Shown: piece after piece, positions 56,644 through 64,000 of the stretch
Layout of the letters: every line of letters begins with the position of its first letter
Position numbering within the stretch: position 1 is the first letter of the stretch
Assembly: GCA_029858565.1 (NCBI GenBank)
Contig: JAOUEV010000001.1
Location: forward strand, 128,001 to 192,000
DNA: 64,000 bases
DNA from: Nitrospirota bacterium
GTDB lineage: Bacteria > Nitrospirota > UBA9217
Direction: 5' to 3'
Made by a program: the position numbers and the translations under genes
The notes under the pieces: model-generated
The model's database searches: none
What the model was told of the DNA's origin: nothing
The model's input: the letters and a program-made list of their open reading frames with translations, nothing else

Positions 56644-57678
56644 CTATTTCTTCTCCTCGTACTTCACTACCTGCTTGCCTTTGGCGATCTCTCCGATGAG
56701 GAACGCCTTTTCCCCGAGCTTCTGGGCCTTTTTGATGACCTTGTCCGCCTGTTTCTTCGGGACCACGAGGATCATGCCGATGCCCATGTTGAAGGCCCGG
56801 TACATCTCCGCGTCGTCCACGCCGGCTTTCTTTTTGAGGAGTTTGAAGATCGGAGGGATGTCCCAGGTGCCCTTGGTGATCACGGCTGTCGTGCCCCTGG
56901 GAAGGACCCGCGGCGTGTTCTCGGTGATGCCGCCGCCGGTGATGTGCGCCATGCCCCGGACATCAAAATCCTTCATCAGTGCCAGAAGTGTCCTGACATA
57001 GATCCGCGTGGGCGTGAGCAGCGCTTCTCCAAGCTTGGGTCCGCCCAGTTCCGTAAGAATGTCGTCAACGCCGTAGCCGGCCTTTTCGAACAGGACCTTC
57101 CGCACCAGCGAATAGCCGTTGGAGTGAAGGCCTGATGATGCAAGCCCGATCACCTGGTCGCCCGGTTTGATCCGCGATCCGTCAACGATGTTCTTCTTCT
57201 CGACCACGCCCACGGCAAAACCCGCGAGATCGTACTCTCCTTCGCTGTAGAAGGAGGGCATCTCCGCGGTCTCGCCGCCTATGAGCGCGCAGCCGGCCTG
57301 TTTGCATCCATCGGCGATCCCTTTCACCACCAGGGAGTGGTTCTGGGGCATGAGCTTTCCTGTGGCAAAGTAATCCAGGAAGAACAACGGCTCGGCGCCC
57401 TGGACAACGATATCGTTCACGCACATGGCGACCAGGTCGATACCCACGGTGTCGTGCCGGTTCATCATGAACGCGATCTTGAGCTTGGTGCCGACGCCGT
57501 CGGTCCCGGACACCAGGACCGGGTTCCTGTACTTCTTCAGGGCAAAGAGGCCGCCGAAGCCTCCGATGTCCGTGAGAACTTCGGGCCGGAAGGTCGACTT
57601 CACGAAGGGCTTGATTTTCTGGACAAAAAGGTCACCAGCGTCAATATCGACACCTGCGTCTTTATAGGTGATCGTCAT
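56644..57678 (-). CDS. purM: AIR synthase
   Basis: [46 protein letters not shown]. Confidence 0.97.
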   Translation of the reverse strand: MTITYKDAGVDIDAGDLFVQKIKPFVKSTFRPEVLTDIGGFGGLFALKKYRNPVLVSGTDGVGTKLKIAFMMNRHDTVGIDLVAMCVNDIVVQGAEPLFFLDYFATGKLMPQNHSLVVKGIADGCKQAGCALIGGETAEMPSFYSEGEYDLAGFAVGVVEKKNIVDGSRIKPGDQVIGLASSGLHSNGYSLVRKVLFEKAGYGVDDILTELGGPKLGEALLTPTRIYVRTLLALMKDFDVRGMAHITGGGITENTPRVLPRGTTAVITKGTWDIPPIFKLLKKKAGVDDAEMYRAFNMGIGMILVVPKKQADKVIKKAQKLGEKAFLIGEIAKGKQVVKYEEKK

Positions 57679-57716
57679 GGTTCTCCTCTGCCACGGGGTT
57701 ATGAAAAATCGGCACA

Positions 57717-57745
57717 ATACTACAGGTAACCATTGGTGATGTCAA
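57717..57745 (-). promoter_or_regulatory. sigma70 promoter for purM
   Basis: TTGACA-17-TAGTAT on the minus strand. Confidence 0.65.
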
Positions 57746-57782
57746 CACTTTTCACGGGGTGGGAACAGGGGGGCGATGAGCG

Positions 57783-58262
57783 TTATTTCGTCACTTTCTG
57801 CTGGATGCTCTTGACCGTGCTATTGTTCATGAGTTCCAGGAACTTCGGATTGGCCAGGAGCGTTGCAATGTCGCCGGCGGTCACGGCCTGCATGATCGCG
57901 GGGTCCTCCATGGCCTTCTGGAAGGACGGATCGTCCTTGAGGGACTGGATCATGGACATGATCTCCTGGTCGGCGATCATCTGCTTCTGCAGGGACTGTA
58001 CCTGAGCTGCGTGGTCCGCGGGCGGCGAGGACACGCCGGAACCCTTGGCCCGGATCACGCGCACTGATGTGTCCTTGACCGTGACCGTACCCATGGACTC
58101 GGTCCGGATCGTATAGACCCCGGTGGACAGGGAGAGGACCTCTCCGGTCAGCACGGTTCCGTCATACAGCTCGATTACCTTTAGTTCCCCGGCAGACAGC
58201 ATTCCTGCCGAAAGAACCAGGACAGTGAGAATCATAAGGATGAACGGAACGGTGCGTTTCAT
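57783..58262 (-). CDS. Exported hypothetical protein
   Basis: Signal peptide; IELYDG..LTG beta domain; STI1-like DP/NP helical repeats. Confidence 0.75.
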   Translation of the reverse strand: MKRTVPFILMILTVLVLSAGMLSAGELKVIELYDGTVLTGEVLSLSTGVYTIRTESMGTVTVKDTSVRVIRAKGSGVSSPPADHAAQVQSLQKQMIADQEIMSMIQSLKDDPSFQKAMEDPAIMQAVTAGDIATLLANPKFLELMNNSTVKSIQQKVTK

Positions 58263-58289
58263 AGGGCCTCCCGGAATCACCATACGTAA

Positions 58290-59366
58290 CTATATACCGA
58301 AAAGCGGGTTGATGCAAGTGTGATCAAGTGTCATGTCAAGTGTCACCGTGCCGCGCGGGACTGCCGCGTCTGTCCGCACCACGATCTTGCGCGCTTTTGT
58401 CCGGCCCAGCAGGATCGGAATGTTCCTTTTCTTCTGTCCCAGGGCCGTGGAAAGGTCCGCCGGGTGCACCCGCAGGACCGCATCGCTGCCCGGCGTGATA
58501 TCCGCCAGTACGCTGGTCATGAGCTTCAGGAACCGGGAGGAGGCCACAAGCTGGCCGAATGCCGGATGATACGGGCCGGCAACGACCGTGCCTGGACGGG
58601 CCAGTGTCTCGGTGTGCTGAAGCCCGATCCGTATCACATCAATGCCTGCGGCCTCGAACTGTTCCTGGGCTTCGGCACACCAGGCAACTGCGTCCTCCCG
58701 TGCCAGGGGAGCGTACACCCCGTCGTGAAACAGCTTCTCCAGCGGCGTGTCGCGGATCACGAGCACCGGGTAGATGCGCACCATATCAGGTCCCAGCTCA
58801 ACGGTCCTGATGACGGTCTCCCTGAACCGCGTCCTGCTGTCCTTGGGCAGGCCGGGCATGAGCTGGTACCCGATGAGAAAACCCTGCTCACGGAGCAGGC
58901 GCGTGGCCGCGACGGTGTGTTCTGATGTGTGGCCGCGGCCGGAGTGGTGGAGGACATCGTTATCCAGTGATTGGACACCCAGTTCAACAGTTGCGACCTG
59001 ATGCTTCCGGAGCAGGGCAAGCACTCCCGGCGTGATCCTGTCAGGACGCGTGGATATCCGGATGCTCCGCACTTCTCCGGCATCGAGGAACGGCCGCACC
59101 TCGCGCAAATAGGCCTGCTGCAGCTCCGGCGGGAGCGCGGTAAAGCTCCCGCCGTAGAATGCCACCTGGACATCGCGGGGTCGCTCCGCGGCCTGTATTC
59201 CCGCCTCCTGATGACCGTCACTGGCCTTTGCTGCGAGGAAGGAACGGATGGTCGCAGGGACCGATGCGGGGTGAACAGCGCTCTTTTTTCCGGTGATCCG
59301 CTTCTGGTCACAGAACACGCACTGGTGGGGGCAGCCGGCATGGGGGATGAAGAAAGGGATGATCAT
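58290..59366 (-). CDS. Radical SAM protein (Elp3/YhcC-like)
   Basis: CPHQCVFC, FYGGSFT, STRPD, ELGVQS; directly downstream of rnc. Confidence 0.92.
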   Translation of the reverse strand: MIIPFFIPHAGCPHQCVFCDQKRITGKKSAVHPASVPATIRSFLAAKASDGHQEAGIQAAERPRDVQVAFYGGSFTALPPELQQAYLREVRPFLDAGEVRSIRISTRPDRITPGVLALLRKHQVATVELGVQSLDNDVLHHSGRGHTSEHTVAATRLLREQGFLIGYQLMPGLPKDSRTRFRETVIRTVELGPDMVRIYPVLVIRDTPLEKLFHDGVYAPLAREDAVAWCAEAQEQFEAAGIDVIRIGLQHTETLARPGTVVAGPYHPAFGQLVASSRFLKLMTSVLADITPGSDAVLRVHPADLSTALGQKKRNIPILLGRTKARKIVVRTDAAVPRGTVTLDMTLDHTCINPLFGI

Positions 59367-59430
59367 AGCGCTACGCTCGAATGCGGAGTGCGGAATGTGG
59401 AATGCGGAGTGAAGGACAAGATCCGAGCCT

Positions 59431-60141
59431 TTACTCCTGACGTCTGACTTCTGTCTCCTGGTTCCTGAACTTTACAAGCGCTTCCCGTGCCGCGCGCTGT
59501 TCCGCTTCCTTTTTGCTCCTGCCAATGCCGCGGCCGTAGACCTCTCCTTTGATCGAAAGCTCGACGGTAAACTCCTTCTGGTGGTCCGGGCCGGACTCGG
59601 TGACGACGCGGTAGTCCGGGAGCGTCCGCATCCGTTCCTGGCAGAGCTCCTGGAGATCGGTCTTGGCATCGGCCCCGGTCCCGGCCGCAGGCGCGTTATT
59701 CAGGGAATCAAGAAAGAACCTGCTGATGAACGCGGCAGCCGGCGGAAGTCCGCCGTCCAGGTAGAGGGAGGCGATCAGGGCTTCGAGGGAGTCGGCCAGA
59801 AGCGAGTCCTTGTCCCGACCGCCGGTCTGCGCCTCGCCCTTGCCGAGGCGCAGGAACTCGCCCAGCCCGATCGACCGGGCAATGGCCGCCAGGGACTGCT
59901 CGCTCACGACCGAGGCGCGGAGGCGCGACAGCTCACCCTCGGGCGACTGCGGGCGCATCTCCATCAGGATCTCGCTCACGACGAGGTTCAGGACCGCGTC
60001 GCCCAGGAATTCCATGCGTTCATTGTGCTCGGAGAGCCTGTTCTCGTTGGCGAAGGATTTATGAGTAAGGGCGCGCTCCAGCAGGACGGCATTCCTGAAA
60101 TCATAGGACATCCGCTGCTGGAGCGCGTGGAACTGAGGCAT
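59431..60141 (-). CDS. rnc: Ribonuclease III
   Basis: NERMEFLGDAVL, ADSLEALI, dsRBD DAKTDLQE...G.SKKEAEQ. Confidence 0.96.
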   Translation of the reverse strand: MPQFHALQQRMSYDFRNAVLLERALTHKSFANENRLSEHNERMEFLGDAVLNLVVSEILMEMRPQSPEGELSRLRASVVSEQSLAAIARSIGLGEFLRLGKGEAQTGGRDKDSLLADSLEALIASLYLDGGLPPAAAFISRFFLDSLNNAPAAGTGADAKTDLQELCQERMRTLPDYRVVTESGPDHQKEFTVELSIKGEVYGRGIGRSKKEAEQRAAREALVKFRNQETEVRRQE

Positions 60142-60142
60142 G

Positions 60143-61384
60143 CTAGTTCCGGAACTTCTTGAAGATGACGGTGGCATTGGTGCCGCCGAAGCCGAAGGAG
60201 TTCGACATGGCCACGTCGAACTCCTGCTTCCGGGCAGTGTTCGGCACGTAATCGAGGTCGCACTCCGGATCCGGGTTCTCGAGGTTGATCGTCGGAGGAA
60301 GGATCCCGTGCTCCATGGCGAGCAGGCTGATGACCGCCTCGACGCCGCCGGCCGCACCCAGGAGATGGCCGGTCATGGACTTGGTCGAACTGACCGGAAC
60401 CTTCCGGGCGTGCTCGCCGAAGACCGACTTGATGGCCATGGTCTCAAGCTCGTCGCCGTACTTCGTTGACGTGCCGTGGGCGTTGATGTAGCCAACCTCG
60501 GACGGAGCGACGCCCGCGTCCTTGATCGCCATGGCCATGCACCGGGCCGCGCCTTCGCCGTTGGGCGCAGGCGAGGTGATGTGGTAGGCGTCGCCCGAGG
60601 CTCCGTAGCCGATGATCTCGGCGTAGATGCGGGCACCCCGTTTTTTCGCGAACTCCAGCTCCTCGAGGATGACGATCCCTGATCCCTCGCCCATGACGAA
60701 TCCGTCGCGTTGGGAATCGAAGGGCCTGCTGGCGCGCTCGGGCTCGCTGTTCCGGGTGGAGAGCGCCTTCATGGCGTTGAACCCGCCGACCGCCAGGGGA
60801 CAGATGGTCGCTTCCGTGCCGCCGGCGATCATGGCGTCGATCTCGCCCCGCTGGATCCATTTGAACGCGTCGCCGATGGAATGGGTGCCCGTGGCGCATG
60901 CCGTGACCACGCTGATGTTCGGACCCTTGGCCCCGACGCGCATGGAGATATGTCCGGCCACCTCATTGACGATGACCATGGGAATGAAGAACGGCGTGAT
61001 CCTGCGGTAGCCCTTTTCCCGGTAGGCGTCATAGACCCGTTCGATGGCGGGAAGGCCGCCCATGCCCGCGCCTACCATGACACCGATGCGATCGGCGTTC
61101 TCCGGGGAGATGATGAGCTTCGAATCTTCCATGGCCATCTGGCTGGCGGCGATGGCCAGATGGATGAAACGGTCCATCTTTTTGATCTCTTTTGGCTCGA
61201 TGTACTTGGCCGCGTCGAATCCCTTCACTTCTCCGGCGATCTGGGTGGGGATATCCTTGTCATCGAACTGGGTGATCGGGCCGATGCCGGACCTGCCCGC
61301 CGCTATGCCCTGCCACGAAGATTCCGTATCCAGACCGACGGGCGTGATCATGCCGACGCCGGTTACCACGACTCTGCGCTTCAA
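60143..61384 (-). CDS. fabF: Beta-ketoacyl-ACP synthase II
   Basis: [30 protein letters not shown]; TTG start after AGGAGG. Confidence 0.96.
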   Translation of the reverse strand: MKRRVVVTGVGMITPVGLDTESSWQGIAAGRSGIGPITQFDDKDIPTQIAGEVKGFDAAKYIEPKEIKKMDRFIHLAIAASQMAMEDSKLIISPENADRIGVMVGAGMGGLPAIERVYDAYREKGYRRITPFFIPMVIVNEVAGHISMRVGAKGPNISVVTACATGTHSIGDAFKWIQRGEIDAMIAGGTEATICPLAVGGFNAMKALSTRNSEPERASRPFDSQRDGFVMGEGSGIVILEELEFAKKRGARIYAEIIGYGASGDAYHITSPAPNGEGAARCMAMAIKDAGVAPSEVGYINAHGTSTKYGDELETMAIKSVFGEHARKVPVSSTKSMTGHLLGAAGGVEAVISLLAMEHGILPPTINLENPDPECDLDYVPNTARKQEFDVAMSNSFGFGGTNATVIFKKFRN

Positions 61385-61505
61385 AGGATGTACCTCCTGC
61401 ATGCTTTAAAATCCGAAAAGCCAAAAAACCCGACCTCGTTCTGAGGGAGGGGGTCTTCTGGCTTTCGGAAAGTCCAGCAAAAAGAACGTAGTGCCGATGC
61501 TGCCT

Positions 61506-61742
61506 TTACTTCGCTTTTGCCTTGATGTAATCGATGGCGTTCTGGACCGTAGCGATCTTCTCCGCATCTTCGTCCGGGATCTCGACGCCGAACTCCTCTT
61601 CGAGGGCCATGACCAGCTCGACCGTATCGAGCGAGTCAGCGCCCAGGTCGTTCACGAACGATGCTTCGGGCTTCACGTCGCTCTCCGGCACGCCAAGCTG
61701 CTCGGAAATGATCTTTTTTACCTTGCCTTCAACTTCTGCCAT
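61506..61742 (-). CDS. acpP: Acyl carrier protein
   Basis: [20 protein letters not shown]. Confidence 0.98.
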   Translation of the reverse strand: MAEVEGKVKKIISEQLGVPESDVKPEASFVNDLGADSLDTVELVMALEEEFGVEIPDEDAEKIATVQNAIDYIKAKAK

Positions 61743-61800
61743 TGTATCCTCCTCTGGAAACAGTCGATAATTCATCAGTCGTCAGTCGACCGGTTGGTCG

Positions 61801-62541
61801 TTACATGTACATGCCGCCGTTCACGTGGATCACCTGGCCGGTGATGTATGCCGCGGCCGGGGACGCCAGGAACCGAACCGCATTCGCCACATCCTCGGAC
61901 GATCCCAGACGGCCCAGCGGGATCTGCTTGGCCAGGTCCTGCCGCACCTGCTCGGAGAGCGCCTGGGTCATGGCCGTATCGATGAAGCCCGGGGCAACGG
62001 CGTTGGCCGTCACGTTCCTGTTGGCGTATTCGCGCGCAATGGTCTTGGTCAGGCCGATCAGCCCGGCCTTGGACGCCACATAGTTCGCCTGGCCAGCGTT
62101 GCCCATGGCGCCCACGATGGACGCGATGTTGATGATCGTGCCGCTGCGCTGCTTGGTCATGTGCTTGAGCGCGGCTTTGGTGCAGAGGAACGAGCCTTTC
62201 AGGTTGATCGAGAGCACCAGGTCCCAGTCCTCGTCCTTCATCCGCAGGATCAGTCCGTCGCGGGTAATGCCGGCATTGTTCACCAGAACATCGATCCTGC
62301 CGAACTTCTCCACCACCTGGTCGATCATTCCGGTCACTTCGGCCGAGGCGGCCACGTTTGCCTTGAGGGCCAGTGACTTCCGGCCCTTTGCCTCGATGTC
62401 CGCCGCGGTCTTCTGGGCTGCTTCGAGGTTCACGTCGCAGATGGCCACATCGGCGCCGTCCGCGGCGAGGCCCAGCGCAATGTCCCGGCCTATGCCCTGT
62501 GCAGCGCCGGTGACGAGTGCTATTTTTCCGGAAAGCATCAT
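61801..62541 (-). CDS. fabG: 3-oxoacyl-ACP reductase
   Basis: TGAAQGIG, NNAGITRD, YVASK, PGFI.T. Confidence 0.96.
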   Translation of the reverse strand: MMLSGKIALVTGAAQGIGRDIALGLAADGADVAICDVNLEAAQKTAADIEAKGRKSLALKANVAASAEVTGMIDQVVEKFGRIDVLVNNAGITRDGLILRMKDEDWDLVLSINLKGSFLCTKAALKHMTKQRSGTIINIASIVGAMGNAGQANYVASKAGLIGLTKTIAREYANRNVTANAVAPGFIDTAMTQALSEQVRQDLAKQIPLGRLGSSEDVANAVRFLASPAAAYITGQVIHVNGGMYM

Positions 62542-63092
62542 GAACTTCTCCTCGGAAAAGACAAAAACCAGGAAATTATATCTCGCAGAGGCACGAAGCA
62601 CGCAGAGAAAGCAGGACCCGGAATTAAGACTTCTCTGTACTGCAGTGCGATGACATGCTCATGGCGAGCGGAGCAAACTTTTTACGCCCGCAGCCTTGGC
62701 CGGTACCGTAGTATTTTCTCCGGTGATAACGATCTGGCCGGGGCTGTTGTAATTTGCAGGGGCAACTATACCATTTTTCGACACTTTGAGGCAAGTACTT
62801 TTCTAGGGAACCGGATCCGCGTGGGCTTGCGGGCTCAGGCGGCCCACCGTCGCTTTTGCACGCTCCCCCGGCATCTGGAGATGCGCGGTTATTGTCAAAA
62901 TTAGACCGCAAAATCAGCCGGTTGTGCCGATAATTGTATTGATAAGTTCTCGTGCCCGTGCTATTTTTCTTCCATAGCTTCACGCAGGAATCTTTTCGCT
63001 GAAGGATCATGCGCTTTCACTGGATCGCTGGTTCTCGTGGGAGCGATCGTAGCGCAGAAATCGAGTCGTTTGTTCAACCTGGGGGGGCTTCT

Positions 63093-63602
63093 ATGATCAT
63101 CAAAGAGCTGAACGGGCATACCCCGAAGTTCGGTAAGGATTGTTTCCTGGCCGAGAATGCTGTTGTTATCGGTGATGTGGTGATGGGGGACCAGTGCAGT
63201 GTCTGGTACAATGCCGTCATCCGGGGCGATGTTCACTTCATTCGTATAGGGGATAAAGTGAACATCCAGGACGGAGCAGTGGTGCACTGCACCTATCAGA
63301 CATCGCCGACCACGATCGGCAATAACGTCTCTATCGGACACAATGCCATCGTTCATGGCTGCACGATCCACGATAACGTTCTTGTGGGCATGGGGGCGAT
63401 CGTCATGGATGATTGCGTGATAGAAAGCAATTCGATCATTGCCGCCGGTGCAGTCGTCACCCACGGGACACGGGTGGAGGCGGGATCGGTGTTCGCCGGG
63501 GTGCCGGCGAAAAAGATCAAGAACGTCAGTCAGGAGCAGATCGCCAACGAGATCGAAGGCCGGGCGGACAATTACGTAAAATATGCCGCCTGGTACAAAT
63601 AG
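63093..63602 (+). CDS. Gamma-carbonic anhydrase family protein
   Basis: Hexapeptide repeats; RGD..NIQD...H, GH...HG motifs. Confidence 0.92.
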   Translation: MIIKELNGHTPKFGKDCFLAENAVVIGDVVMGDQCSVWYNAVIRGDVHFIRIGDKVNIQDGAVVHCTYQTSPTTIGNNVSIGHNAIVHGCTIHDNVLVGMGAIVMDDCVIESNSIIAAGAVVTHGTRVEAGSVFAGVPAKKIKNVSQEQIANEIEGRADNYVKYAAWYK

Positions 63603-63768
63603 CCTTTCCCGCCCCGCATCCTTCCGAAAAGTTACATCAAGACCGATGGAACCACGGGTCCCGACTTTGTCGTGACACACAGATGGAGACAAGGCTTTCC
63701 GTTCTTGATTCTATCTGTGTGTGGCGAAGCCACCAGTGGTTACAGCGGTTTGGTTCCGGCTTTTCAGG

Positions 63769-64000
63769 TCACGTCGTGAACGTGATGAGGACCTCATCGG
63801 TTTCCACCGCTTTGCCGACCGTCGCAGCCACCTCTTCCACGATCCCTTCGCAGGGCGAGGACACCCCGCTTTCCATTTTCATGGATTCGATGACCACCAG
63901 GTCCTGGCCGCGGTAGACGCGATCCCCTTTTTTGACCAGGATATTGACCACCATGCCGGGAAGGGGGGAGAGCAGCATGTTCTCGGTGGAGCCTTTGGCT
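63769..64000 (-). CDS. C-terminal biotin-carboxyl-carrier domain of a biotin-dependent carboxylase (truncated by window edge)
   Basis: SPLPGMV...IESMKME; frame open to the window end. Confidence 0.85.
   Translation of the reverse strand, partial: AKGSTENMLLSPLPGMVVNILVKKGDRVYRGQDLVVIESMKMESGVSSPCEGIVEEVAATVGKAVETDEVLITFTT

Noticed and set aside
62650-63090. Hairpins in the fabG / gamma-CA divergent spacer as a cobalamin-type riboswitch
   Set aside because: AGGGAACCGG is present but the rest of the B12-element consensus is not, and the gene context does not fit.
63093-63602. Impression that the gamma-CA is of Bacteroidota origin
   Set aside because: Based on memory of similar C-termini only. 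It needs a phylogeny and cannot be supported from the sequence alone.

Overview
GC-rich bacterial chromosomal window. Gene content and style suggest Nitrospirota or a deltaproteobacterial-type organism, but that is an impression only. It holds a 6-tRNA cluster, tig-clpP-clpX-engB, signalling genes (MscS-cNMP, HD, GGDEF, GGDEF-EAL), transketolase, and an E. coli-type nuoA-B-CD-E-F-G-H-I block with no nuoJ-N. It also holds modE-tupABC, a four-gene T2SS/T4P-like module with a ~1400-aa exported protein, trpS/ispB, tRNA-Ala, purM-purN and fabG-acpP-fabF-rnc. The strongest unexplained signal is a dense population of short inverted-repeat elements built from 7/8/9-nt subunits. They sit at stop/start junctions, between tRNAs and even in frame inside genes. 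One of them, between nuoF and nuoG, carries a GxxExxY PD-(D/E)XK nuclease gene between perfect 23-bp inverted repeats. It looks like the autonomous member of a nuclease-plus-repeat (REP/MITE- or intervening-sequence-like) system. Gene calls rest on motif recognition by eye, not database searches. Start codons were often moved inward from the ORF track.
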